A stretch of 64,000 nucleotides of DNA from contig CM052816.1 of the NCBI GenBank assembly GCA_028534125.1, positions 30,630,001-30,694,000 on the forward strand. Direction: 5' to 3'. A model generated the notes under the pieces. It did no database searches. It worked only from the letters and a program-made list of their open reading frames with translations, and was not told the DNA's origin. The translations under genes and the position numbers were made by a program. The first letter of the stretch is position 1, and every line of letters begins with the position of its first letter. This document shows, piece by piece, positions 50,691-63,764 of the stretch. The stretch is from Lama glama (Eukaryota).

Positions 50691-50869
50691 ACAGAAAGAC
50701 TGGGTAAAGGGAGCTTGAATATAAGCTTCAAGAGATAGTAATAACTATCTGTACTGTTCACCATAATAACTCTGCTCCTGGCTCAGGGCTTGGAAAAGAG
50801 TAGGCATTCAGCTAATATGGTTAGATGGGTGAATTCATGAACTAAAACTTCCCAGTGCCAACTCTCAGA

Positions 50870-51040
50870 CTACCAGTTAATTTTCACAAAAACCTTGTGA
50901 GATAAATACTAGTATTTTTGTTTTATTGGTACTCTTTTTATTAGTATTCTTGTTTCATTGACAATAAGAGAGGGTTTCACTAATTTGCTCAAGATAGCAT
51001 ATTATGATATTAGGATTCAAAACTAAGTCTACACAACTTC
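50870..51040 (-). mobile_element. MIR SINE, decayed
   Basis: ttttcacaaaaaccttgtgagataaatact...taatttgctcaagat...taggattcaaaactaagtct. Confidence 0.55.
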
Positions 51041-53526
51041 ATTAGCTGAAGTTTTTACATAACCACATTAACCACACAAACACTTTGATAAAACTGTGGT
51101 CACTGTTCCCAGGGCACAAATCTATGGTCAGCCCAGAGGAGGTGAGGAGAGCAGGAGGCTGAGTGATGACCACTTTCCAAGCTGGCTGATTGGGCACTAT
51201 TCCATCAATACAGTGGAACCCTTTGCCTTTGAATAATAAATGGTTTCTCCAACAGAGATTATCATTTAGTTAGGATATACTACCTAAAATTTTGAGCATT
51301 CTTTATATCACATTTCTCCCTATCAGAGCAGACGTAGGCTCATGAAGATCAGTGCTTATAAGTTCAGTCCTTTGGAACAGGCCAGTTCAGGTCTATTAGA
51401 TTCAATAAGAGAGGAAAAATCTGTGTCTTAACTGCAAACTGTTGTTTAGAATCAAGTCCAAGCAGACCAGCCCATATCCATCACCCCCTTCAGCCCAAAC
51501 AGCACAGGTACATGCCCTGCTGGTGGTGAATCAACAGCACCATCATACACAAGGGCTGCACAAACCTGTGCTGATTACTTGCTGACATGTTGATGGTTGC
51601 TACCTATGCTCACAACGCTATTTCTTCCTATGCAAAATTTATAGCTTCCATTTCCAGAAAGTGCCTATATAACATTTTTCAGTGTTGCCACTTGTTTGGC
51701 TGACATCTGCGAATCTTCTGTCATTTTCTTAACATTTCAGCAGGTTGCTGTCAACATCTCCACCCCAAATTTGGTAGAAAAGTTTTAGCTGTGACGGAGC
51801 AGATGCATCCTAATTCTATACAAAGTGAGGCTATTGAGCACACAAAGTGTAGACTTCTTCAAGGACTGCATTTACACTGGAGGTGTATTTTTTGATTATG
51901 TTAGATAATCAACCGTGACTCATTTCCACAGTTTATCAACCCAAGCTTCCTGATTAGAGTTCTCGAGATTTAGGTCTGTTTAGTCATGATTATGTTTTCA
52001 TACCACAAATTAAAATGGAAAAGGAAAATATTGTTAAGGGTCAACTACTGAAAGATGATCCAATATACTCAGAATTATACGCCAAGTATTGGAATATCAA
52101 TAAGCTTGCCTAAGTCCAAGGACCGTGTCACATGCATCTGTGTGTCCCTGTCTGCTGAACGTATGAATTTTATTTGTACCTTTTTAAACACTTGCGTGAG
52201 TCTGTGGCTGTATTAATGAAGTATATATTGTGACATTCGAGATGAATCAGCACAAAATTCAGAAAGGTAAATACCCTCTTATCGAAGACTCACCATAAAA
52301 CCCCACATTAAATACATTTTTACACATTTGCCACTACACATTCTCAGACTCAGTATTCAGCTCTTCCTATTAGTAAATCTTAAATGGAAATTTTCATCTA
52401 GTGATCAGCATTGCTCATATACCCATAAATATTCGGTGTGAAAAAATAGTTAATGATTAGTTATGATTATGGTAAATAATCCTCATAATGGCTATTGATT
52501 TTTTTCAATAGTCTGACTAGTCTGTTTAAATAGTGGTCAAAGCTGCACGTCATTTTAAATTATGGTAAATCTAAGACAAAGCATGACTTTCCTAATATTC
52601 TTGTTGAGACATTCATGTTTTGATATTTTATATAAAATACATATTTTTTGATTTTTCAAAATATTATCCATGATTTCTAAAGGAAGTACTTTATTTAAAA
52701 ATATATTGACTTCATATTGAACTTATAAAATAAGTTGTTAGAAATAGGTTCATATATAAGCATTAACTAAGGAAGATTTAATTCTTAATAAATATATCTG
52801 AATTGATCATATGGAATCACATGGACATATTCAAATTAAATCAAAGAGAAGTAGATGGATGCACAGAAGTAAAAATCTATCACTTCTATATGCAGAGAAA
52901 GTGCCTATGTGAATTTTCTCCACCTTACTTAAAGGTTGTAACTCAGAAAAAGAACAAAGAAAAAAAAACCTAATCCACAGTTATATAATAATTATTTAAG
53001 TTACTATTTTCTTATAAAAAAACCAAAACAATTATCAGTCAAGGACAAAGTTACTGCGTTCCATTTCTTTGGTTTGGTATTTATCAGTTCTCTTTAAATC
53101 AAACCAGTATTGGCTAACATAGATTAGCTGCAGGAAGTAAGTAATAGAGAATTGATACAAAACTACTGTGACAACTTCACTGTAGAAAATGTAAGACTCA
53201 TCCATAATGTATCCATTGATTGAAGAAGTATTGAACTTAGCTGTTTCAGCAACAACTTACAGCAGGTTGCAAAGCACTGTGAATTTCCTTTCTAAGTCTA
53301 CATGTCAGTCTAGGCAGTAAAGTCACACAACATAGACAGCTCTCTCTCACACTAAATGAGTCAAAAATCACTTTCTTTTCATGTTTTCTATATTTCCTAC
53401 TCTTTCTTTTATCTAATAACTTTTGTGCTATCATATGAATAGAAACCTGCTAAACAGGAGGAGATATCTAAATAGGATTCATGGTTCCTGTTCATGAATC
53501 TTAACATTTTAGGTTACTTTTCTAAA

Positions 53527-53667
53527 TATTTTTCTTACTGAAGCATATTGGATTTACAATGCTATGTTAGTTTCAGCACAGCAAAGCAATTATATATATA
53601 TACACACATACATACATACACACACCTATATACATATATATTTATATAAATTTTCAGATTCTTCTTA
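53527..53667 (-). mobile_element. Short artiodactyl-type L1 3' end with (AT/AC) low-complexity run
   Basis: ttactgaagcatattggatttacaatgctatgttagtttcag...ttttcagattctt. Confidence 0.7.
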
Positions 53668-54634
53668 TCAGATCTTATCTAAGCTATTTTCATAGCTTCT
53701 TAAATGGCTTCCTGCTCTTTTCTTTCCTCAGCTGGATTCATTCTCCATTCTGTAGACGGTTTTCTCCGTAACTGTCACTCATCTGTCTATAAACTATTAA
53801 TGTCTGTTACACACACACACACACACTTCTTTAAGTAACATGTAGACCACTAATTCAAGCAAGATCAAGATAATTCAAGCAAGATCAATATTTCTTGATC
53901 TTGATTAGTCATTCAACTATCTGTCTCCATACTTTACAGATGCATTTCCTATGTTTGGAAGACTCTCCCCTTTCCATAGTCTTCTTTCTAAATTGTTCTC
54001 GAACTAGTATTTAACATTCACAATGTATTTAAAGTTTCCTCTTCTGATTCTAAAATGAATTAGTGGTATCTTAACTCTGAGTTTTCACAGAATTTTATGC
54101 ATAGCTCTTAATAATAGAACTATTATTCTGATTGCTATTATTTTATTTCTTATGCCTTCCTCTCTACTATGCTCCCTGAGGAAATGGACTGAACTTTGAC
54201 AATATTTGTGTCACCTATCACATACCATAACCTGCACATTCTAGGCACACCATAAGGCAATGGTTTTCAAACCTGACTTCCTATCACAATCTATTGAATG
54301 ACTGTGGAAGGGAGAGGGACTTGGGCTAGAGGTGAAACTTTTTTGGGTAGAAAATTTTTTAAAGAACTCAAGTAACTGCACTCCTATTGTGCTTCTTATA
54401 AACTAAATACCATCCTCATAAAGACTTTTGGGAAAATACTTTTATCAAGATTTCCACACATGATAGCACTTCAAAATGTGATTTTGATGAGATGGAAGTT
54501 GAAGGAACTGTCTCAACCATCCACTGTGGCTGAGACTTCACTGCTTCTTGAACTTTCTACAGCTAACCTGGCTATCCAGCTGGTGGTTCTATGAGCATAG
54601 TGAGTTTTTATGGGACTCTTAAGAAACCACTACT

Positions 54635-54850
54635 ACTCATAATAACTAATTTTTTACTGAATATGTACGTGAGGCATAGTTCCAAGCACTCATTAGACAT
54701 CCAAGTTTCACAATAACCGTAAGGGTTATTATCCCTATTTTATGGTTGAAAATATTGAGACTTAGAGAAGGTAAGTAATCCCTGCAGAGTCAGACAGCTT
54801 GGAGTCAGGTAGATCCAGGGTGAGAACACATGCAGTCCAAGTCTATAACC
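54635..54850 (-). mobile_element. MIR SINE
   Basis: attatccctattttatggttgaaaatattgagacttagagaaggtaagtaatccctgcagagtcagacagct. Confidence 0.75.
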
Positions 54851-57426
54851 TGTATTTCTTTACCTCCTTCATGAAAAATCAGCTATGTGACTCATTCAGC
54901 ACAGTGGGGCCAAGTGAAGAGCTGAAGATCTCCAAAACAAGAAAAGACTAAAGTAGATCAATAATCCATCTTCGGGAATATAAGTTTATCCTCTAAAAAT
55001 CATTTTCAAAGTAAACAAAGTGTACTTTTTCTCTTGTTAATATCAGGCACTATTTGCAAGGAACTTGACACCACAGCAAATAGACCCACATATGCATACA
55101 TATGTATATTTTAATTTCTTGTAAAAATTCAATTATCCTTGTAAAAAATTTCTTGTAAAAAGTCAAGTAAATATTCTTGTCTTCATGTTAAAGAAAACAT
55201 GAGTGCCTTGACTCCAGGTTAATACAGTTAGGAAAGAGTAGACTAGGGACTCACATCAAGGTCTAGAAACTCCAAAGTTCATTATATTTGTTTTCTTTGT
55301 TCTTTTCTCCCCCCAATTTTGATATCTATGTTACTGATAGCTCTCTCTCTGAAGCTGTCAAAATTAAACAGTGGTCTCTTATGTCCTATACTACCAGTCA
55401 CAGGATAGGAAGAAGTGAAACAAAAGGGACAGGATACAGCTGCCTAACCTGCTTCAGTGTATATTTATATTTATTGCATGACTGATACTCGTTGTTTTAT
55501 TACGTGATGCTATGGCATTTCATTCATCAGTCCGTTTGTTTAAGGGCTTTGACCTTTTTCTTGCATACAATGAACTTCCTTGGATCCAAATATACCGAGA
55601 TTTATACAGTTCAATAATCTCTTTGCCAATCCCATTGAAATATGATGCTATTCCTCCCAGTTTTGCACAAATACATTGCAAATCAATAACTGCTTTTTAC
55701 TTTATTCACTCCAACCCCCCATATCTTGACCTTCACCATGGTACCTGAAGAGTGATTTTCTGTGTATTTCCTGATGTTTTTCTCCTTTAAAAGTAGTAGA
55801 ACAGCTTGAAAATAATTTGCACTAAGTAGCAGTAATACATGAATTGAAATTTATCTGTGAGTTTAGAATTCTCATTCCTTTAGTCAACTGTCTGTATGCA
55901 TATTTGTACATTTGCATTTATAGACACTAATGTTTCTAAGGCATCAAAATGTATTGTTCAGTATATCTCTGAAGTTGCAAGCATGATCATACTTGTTAAG
56001 AAAATACCACTATGCCCTGAAGGTAAGTATTAAAATGCCCGATTTTATAACAATGATGAGTTATCGTCACTGAATTCAAGTTACAGCTGGAGACTGAATT
56101 AGCCTAGTAACGTCCCTTTTAATGATGATGACTTGCAATAATTATCAATGTAGCACTTTACTTCAGAGTCATCTATTGCAGGTTTTCTGTCAAAGTAGTC
56201 TTTCACAGGCAAATGAACGTTCTTTGATGTGTTCCCTTTTCTTAGGAGATTTGTGGAAACAAAGTTGAATATCCCTGTTGAGATAGAAAAATTATCTCCT
56301 GATTCTATCTCATGTATGGTGGCATGGACACTGTGATTTGTAGATTCAGTCATTAATAAATATTTTGAATACAAGGACTCTGCTCTTCTTTTCTAAAAGA
56401 AATGTATCTTTGAATGCTGTTCTACTTTATTAGTGGATGTTTAGTGTTTGAAAGCTCTGGTGCACCACTGTTTTCTTCAGACACTTCAAAAAATTACAAC
56501 AAGATGGCTGATATTGTTGGTTTTGCTGAAAAATAGTAGATAAGGAGGAGACAGGTCAAGATAAGTTTGTTAGCTTGTTCATTGTTAATTGGCTTCCAGT
56601 AAGATCTGGAAACTCTGAGAAATACTTCTATTTCACGTCAGTTGTAAAAGCAAAAAGCTTGAATTCCGAGAAACTCATTTTTTCATAAACAATGAGTTCA
56701 CATCTAGAGAGATGAAGAAATAACATTTTCTAGTTATGATTCATAATCGTGGACCTCCATAGTTTTCCCAGGCTTAAACCCTCATGGAGTAAGCCTGGGC
56801 GCTGGCAGGAAGCTGGACAATCACCTCTCCTTCTGGGCTGATGTTTCTGTGGACCCTGCAGGTCTCTGGCTGCTGTGGCCCCTCCTGCTCTTCAGTACCT
56901 GGGATACTTCCCGTTCATTCACAGTTGCCAGGCGCCAGCTAGCCCAGATTGTGAGCACTAGGTTTGGCTTTGTGCTGTCCGACCAATCTCATTTTCATTT
57001 TCTTTTCTTACTTTTATTTTTCTTCAAGTCTCATTCTTTGTTCTCTCTCTCTTTTTTTTTTCCTTCTGTTGTTTCTCCTTTTCCCCACTCATGACTCCCT
57101 GAAACTCGCTAAGGATATCTACCTGCTTCGCAAGTCTCCACGCAGACCCCATCCCCATTTAGTGGTGAGTTTCCATGTCAAGCTGGCACTTTTTCCTCTT
57201 TCTTCTCATTTTTCCACCTTTCCTCTGTCCAAATCTTGCATTCCAGATTTTGACTTTTCTGGAAGTTTCAAAATTAGTCTTTCAGCTTTACGGGTCCCCT
57301 CTCTATAGGAAAGGTCATGTTAATATTTTGTGCTAAACTTCCCAAAACAATTTATCTCATCCTCATTTGAGATGTGCATCCACTTTCTAGGAGTGAAGCA
57401 GACTGGATCTGCTATGGTTTAGATTA

Positions 57427-57507
57427 TTCCCGGAAGGAACCCGAGTCAGGCGGAATGATCCACTCACAAAGACACTTTCTCGGCTCTGCTGAGTCATGCT
57501 TGTTTAT
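57427..57507. promoter_or_regulatory. Candidate enhancer motif cluster (STAT/ETS, TEAD, AP-1/NRF2-Maf, FOX)
   Basis: TTCCCGGAA(G) at 57427, GGAATG at 57452, TGCTGAGTCAT at 57487 and TGTTTAT at 57501, all in non-repeat DNA. Confidence 0.45.
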
Positions 57508-58100
57508 TTCCTTGTGTTTTGAACTCAATTAAATTTGGTTGTCTCCAGACTCTACTGCTGAATATGGTTAAGAAAGCTACAAAGGGTAAATGTTACGTTT
57601 GAAACACCCTAACCAGCAGTGTGGTATGAAATAGGTCTTATTCTATAATAGGTACGTGAATACATATAATAAGCATAGCATGGGGGCGGGGGGACGTGTT
57701 ACATGAATCTCATGAAAAACATTCACAAATTCCTCACACGTCAAAACCTCAACACAGTATTGTACAATGTCCTGTTGCCAAATATGTAATAGAAAGGTCA
57801 AAAGTAGGAGAAATTACAACATCAAGGGTGAAACATGTTACATTGCTAATAGTTTTGAGAAAGTACAAATTATTCACTTATAAAAGCTTCCTTCACTAAA
57901 AATCTCAGTATAGAAAAGGAAAACCAGAAACACCGATCCAATGGTAAATACATCCAAGTTTTCAATGACCCCAACATCATTCTACAGCCCACTGTTCTTT
58001 TATTCTTTTATAGGAAGGCTTGGCTCTTCAGAAACAGCTCAAGGGGAGAGTGGGAAGTGGGGGAAAGTGGCTAATAAAAGATAATAAGTAAAATTTGGGA

Positions 58101-58101
58101 G

Positions 58102-58150
<49 letters not shown>

Positions 58151-58180
58151 TCTATCACACACGTATGTGTGTGTATGTGT
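58101..58180. repeat. Compound (AT)n(AC)n/(GT)n microsatellite
   Basis: Seen directly. Confidence 0.9.
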
Positions 58181-58809
58181 ACTAGGAAGAAGAAAAACAT
58201 TAACATTTTTGTTCTTGAGTTGCTAAATGTCAGCTCCTTGATCTGATAGCACCTCCCACAGCATGATAACCTAGCCTCTTAATTCCTCTTGGCTGCAGTG
58301 ACATCTGTTGGTGAGGGCAGAACTGATTAACCGCAGGTTTGACTCTCCTGGCAAAAATCACCCACCCACAAGCTGTTTCAGGCTCTAGAAGATGTTTCCT
58401 TTCATTTTACTCCCTCTGATTTTTGTGTGAGTGAAAACCTTTCCAGCTGAATTAAACCAGTCTTTGTTGATATGAATACACTGCTTAAACCTGGAACTTC
58501 ACAAAAATCTCTGTAACATGCAAATCTGGTAACTGCTGTTTTGGTGCCCTCTCCTCACCCTCAAATATGTGGAGTAGGTCAGGACATACATGAACTTGAA
58601 TTTATTAAGTTCTCTTATGATTCCACGTCTTGTACTAAAATATGTCTGGACAACTAATATGTTTGACATGAGAAATGAAAACACCCACTATCTTTATTTG
58701 TAACTGAAAATGCTAACCAAGGGAAACTGTTTATAACCTGGACCACAGGCAAAGGGATGGGACCTGAGAACCACTGGACTTCTCATGGAAGAGTGAGGGA
58801 GCTCAGCAC

Positions 58810-58991
58810 AGGACCTGCTCCTTATTTGACTACATATTATCAGACATCCTGGAAGGCTTTTAAAAATGACCAATAGCTGAGCCACACTCCAGACTAATCA
58901 GATCAGAATCTCTCGTGTGTATGCTATGAGCATTGAAACACTTAAAAATTCCTCATAAGGTTGTCATGTACAGTCAGGGTTGAGGACCACG
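58810..58991. mobile_element. MER5-family hAT MITE
   Basis: ccagactaatcagatcagaatctct...gtacagtcagggttgaggaccac. Confidence 0.7.
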
Positions 58992-59009
58992 AGTACAGAG
59001 GTTTCGAGG

Positions 59010-59200
59010 TGGACTTCAGAACAGCCCAAGTAAGTGCTGGATTTTCAGCTCCACCCATAACTAGCCCTGAGATCCTGCCATCTCTCTGAGCCTCAGTTTA
59101 CTCCACTTGCAAAAGGAGATAAGATATATACAGTTGTTTAAAGATTAAAGCAGATCAAAGAAGTAAAAGGTTCTGTCATATATTAAATGTTTAGTACAAT
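59010..59200 (+). mobile_element. MIR SINE
   Basis: tctctctgagcctcagtttactccacttgcaaaaggagataa...gttgtttaaagattaaa. Confidence 0.7.
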
Positions 59201-61425
59201 TAAATTTCCTCAAGTGTTCCCTTCTTCAGTTAAATTTATAATTCACATATAATTCCCTTAACTCAAAAGATAAAATAATCAAATCTTTTTTTCTTCAGTG
59301 GGCTGTTCTCTCCTTGAAAACTTCTACAATGAATATATACTACTTTCTAAATCAGAAGAAAAATACTTAATTACAACATTCCAATATAAGTGTCAGCTAG
59401 GCACATCAGGCTGAAGCTCCCCGTGTTCTCTTCTGATGCTCAGACGTTTTTCTAGCTTTTCTATGAAACCATTCCAGTGTGGCACTGTCATCACATCTGT
59501 ACACATGCTTTTAATCAGGCCTGTTTATATACTATGTATACACTGAGATGGGGGTCTTTTCCTCAAGGGGGTGTGACACACACTAAGAATTGATAATTAA
59601 AACTCAGTCAATCACCATTTCACTTTTCCCTTGTAAATACTCACACTCATTGTATTCATGTATTTCTACTACAAAATGCTTTCCAAAAATATTAGCAGAG
59701 TCAAAAAATGTGAGAGAGTATGTGTGTGTTGCTTCGTTATTCTGACTGGTGGAAACACTTTCATATGGGAACATACGTAAAACCTCTTCCTTCAATGAGG
59801 GCCATTAGAAAGAAGAATATAATGGTTGTTTTTACTGCTCATTTTGTTTTTGTTATATGAAGTTCTGTAAATTTAAGATGGAGGGAAAGCATTTAGAACA
59901 AGACTTAGTATTCACAGCTGAGCACAAGATTAACTTCATGGCTTTATAACAAAGTATTCATTGATTGGCAAAATCAAACTAAATTGCTTTCACTGTGAAA
60001 GTGGGAACATGGGGCCATGAGAAGGACAAGTCATAGTGTTTAAAAAGGACATTCTTTGCTTTTCTTTTTTTTTAAAAAAAACTATGAATGACTTTTCCGG
60101 TAAAGTTCATTATTAAAAATCCCAGCAAAATGAGAAAAAACACAAGAAATTACTCACAGATAAGTAAAAAGAAGGATTTTACAATGCATGTTATTATTAA
60201 GTAAAATATTAATTTATTTTTACTTAAATTCAATAGAAGAAAGGAAACAATGAAAAACTAAAGGAATTTAAATAAACTCCAATTATTTCTCTCAAAGAGA
60301 TAGCAGTATGTGAAAATTAAGTTTTTGAAAGAAGAATACAAAACTGCTGAGTGTAAGATCATGACCTACTTTCAGTTTAACGTTTCAATTGTAAACATCA
60401 TCGGTTGACTATCTGATATGAAACCTGGTGAGGGACTTAGTCCTCCCAAACTTCTTCCCACAGCCCTCGTTCCTCGAGTTCCTGTCCTTGTCTCACTACA
60501 GGGAACACCATTCACATTTTCTTTTACAGCAATGGCTCCCCTTGGAGTTGGGTCATATGGCAACCCTGATTCTTCCCACATTCCCGTCTGTGTTGGTTGT
60601 ATGTTAAATATTTTCTTTCTCAAGGATAATAACACTTTCTGTTTTCAGCCATAATTCTCCCAGTTACTTGGTCTTAGCTCTTTATTTACATGATTTCAAT
60701 AATACTGTTTTTCTCCATTTCACTGTTGGCTAGATTCCATGATCAAGAAGTGTGTTCAGGAAATATTTGCACATTTCTAACCTTTGAGGATTTTTCCAAT
60801 GTATACTTAATTATCTATGCTACCGTATACTAATTGGTAGTTTATAATTCAAACAATACATGTTAAAAAAAGATAAAATAGAAATTAAAGTAACATTTTC
60901 TTTCTACACCTGCAGTACCTGTCTTTCATGTCTCCTACGAGAAAGGACCCCTGATGTTGGAGACCAGCCCCTACACCCCACGCAGCTGTGATAAGGGCTT
61001 CTTTCTGAATGACAGGGCAGCAACCACTGTGCACACAGCAATCTCCATGCAGTTCTGTGCTTGTTTGACACTTGCTGTCATTCTTTCTATGCACTCCTAT
61101 TTTCTATTTCCAAATTCATATGCCATCTGTTTCCTCAGTTGCTTTCCAGAAAGCCACTGGACTTAACTGGTCATGACAAATGTTTTCAGATGGCCAATTC
61201 CATTCTGTGCATTTACTGTTTCATTAGCACAAACAGTAATTCAGTCAATACATGAAGAAATAAATGCAGAACTGAGCTCATAGCCTTGTACTCAAAGTCC
61301 ACATATGTTTTATTTGGCCCTCTAGCCTGAGACATGCTACTGAAATCTTAATCCTCCACTGTGTAGACTGCCCACTGACCTTTGGTTCTCGAGTATTAAA
61401 TACCTACTCAAAGAATATGCTACCA

Positions 61426-61603
61426 CTGTGGTTCTCAAGCTTTAGTGAACAACAGAATTACCTGGAAGATGCATTAAAAGCCAGATTCCTGGGCCCCATC
61501 TCAAAGTTTATGGTCTGGATGGTGCTCAAGATTTGGCTTATGTAACAACTTTCCAGGTGATTCTGATTCTGCTTGTCAAGGAAACACACATTTAAAACTA
61601 CAA
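61426..61603. mobile_element. MER5A-like hAT MITE
   Basis: gtggttctcaagcttt...cagaattacctgga...cagattcctgggcccca...ccaggtgattctgat. Confidence 0.8.
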
Positions 61604-62587
61604 TTTTCTGAACATTCCTAGGGCTTTTAGTTCTGGGTCCCCTGTTCCCATATGGGAATGACAGCAGCGTCTTCCCAGCTAAGTCATTTGGGTCTGATGG
61701 CTCCCATTAGCAAAACAACTAAGAAGAAGATGTCAGTCACCTGAGGTTCATGTTTTATGAGAATGTTTGTTGTTCTTACACAGTTGAGTGATAACCTGGC
61801 TGTGCATGGTACTTTAGGCTTATCTTTCCCTCAGCACTTTGCACACATTGCTTTATTGTGTGCAAAACTGGATTTTGCTGTGGATGCCAGCCTGAAGGTA
61901 ACTTACGCTTCTCTCTTCACATATCTAAGCATTTCATCTTTTAAATCGTTTAAGTTCAATAACTTAACCAGCCTATATCTCAGCGTCCATTGTGACATTG
62001 TCTTCCTGTAATTAAGTGCATTCCTTTCAAACAGATATTTAGTCCATCCTTCATTATAGGAAAATTGTCTGCTACTTCATTACAGTGAATTATCTTTTTC
62101 TCAGAGGGTCACGATTTTCCTTATTTAGGATCATCTTTGACTGTTTCCATATCTATCATCTTCCCTCTATTCCTAAAAATCTCTGATACAGTTTCTCCGC
62201 TTATAAGGTGATTTATTGAAGTCTTTCACTATGTTAGTAATTTGACAACAGTTGTATTTATTCTTCTCCCACCTGACTTCCTTTTTTGCCCCTGTGTCCT
62301 ACAATGAATCTATTTTGGATTTCAGTTTCTTTCTTTTTAAACTAAGCATATCAGACTACTGTTTTATCATCTCAGTTTTCACTTCTTGGTTTATTTAATT
62401 CATGTTCTTATTAAGCTATTCGAAAGGGGAAATTACACAGGAATGCTACACAGAAAGTTTTCTGTTATTCCTTGAGTTAGATTCTCTTTTTGTCAGGTTT
62501 CTCCTTTTTTTCCTTTTGCCTTGTGTTCTTTCCGTTTGTTCTTATCATTTGTTTGGCACAATTGCCACATTATGTGGTTTTTTAAAC

Positions 62588-62655
62588 ATTTTTTATTGAA
62601 GTGTAGCTGATTTACAATGTTAGTCTTAGGTGGATAGCCACATTATATTTTTCAA
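62588..62655 (-). mobile_element. Very short L1 3' tip
   Basis: tttttattgaagtgtagctgatttacaatgttagt. Confidence 0.65.
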
Positions 62656-63329
62656 TCTCTTTGATAATTTATGGACAGATATGTCCAGACCTTCTTAATA
62701 CTTAATACAATACAAAACACTCTTTAGCACTTTTCCTGCATTTTAAAACTTTACTTTCCTGCACCACAAGCCTTGATTTATTCTAGTAACTTTCCTATAG
62801 TCTGATGATAATAATGGGTTGCAGAGAAGAGAGCCTGACTGGTGCTCTAGTCAGCTCTTGCTGGAGACCTGAACCATGTTTCTGACATCAGACTGTCGCC
62901 AGGGACAACTCTATCCAGACAGGAGAGTGCATCCTTTCTTGAACCTTTAGCTCTCCATTCCAATGTAGCCTAAGATCCTTCAACTTAACCAGCTTCTGAT
63001 GGCACCTCTTCTCAAATCCTGCTATGGTAAATGGATATCCAGGGCTGCCTTTGTACCCACTATCTATGTAATTCCCTCCTAATGAGTAAATATTACTGAA
63101 AATTCTGTGTTTAGCTTAACTCTTCCCTCAGGGCCATTTCTGATTGTGGTGGTGTACTGGGAACCACCCTGTGAAGCACTAAAATATTTGTTTTCCTTCA
63201 TTAGGTAAAATTTACAATTTACATGACATGAGATTGTACCCTTTTGCTTGCTAATTTGTTGATTTTTATTCATTATTGTGAGCAACTGCTTCTATGTTCC
63301 GACTTCCCAATGTATATTTACCTCCTAGA

Positions 63330-63470
63330 GTCCCCACTTCTTCTATCTCCCCTTCTAGAGCACAAGCTCATTAAAAGCAGAAACTCTGTTGTTTGTTCTT
63401 GACTCACTAAAAATACTGGATATGCTGTCTTGTATATAGTACAAGTTTACTTAACTGGATTTATTGGAAC
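63330..63470 (+). mobile_element. L2 3' terminus
   Basis: ctagagcacaagctcattaaaagcagaaactctgt...gttcttgact. Confidence 0.5.
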
Positions 63471-63764
63471 ATGAAAATTTTTCAATATTGTGTCCATATT
63501 TATTAAAATAACACAGCAAGCTCACTTAGTAATAAGATAAGAAAAAATTAGGAATTTATTGTATAAATATTTTATAAGTGGACAAGAATGAATAAGGAAA
63601 ATTGTAGAATGGGAAGCATTAAATATTCAAATATATTCTTTAAAAAGTCCAATTCATTTTTCAGTTATTTTAATTTAAAAATGGTGGGCCCCTTAAACTC
63701 AGCTATATCTCAAGAGCATATAGTCCATTCTTCTGTGCTTAAAATATATTGCCACTATGACCTT

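Noticed and set aside
51511..51530. CTCF-like tgccctgctggtggtg
   Set aside because: Spacing or core positions mismatch the motif in either register.
53473..53503. 11-bp imperfect hairpin
   Set aside because: AT-rich, needs a wobble pair, and has no context suggesting function.
56767..56799. 10-bp hairpin CCCAGGCTTA/TAAGCCTGGG
   Set aside because: Near chance expectation, with no extended stem or other support.
60372..61166. ORFs and several plus-strand acceptor-like sites as coding exons
   Set aside because: The tested exon 60376-60427 has stops in all frames, and the peptides are unrecognised.
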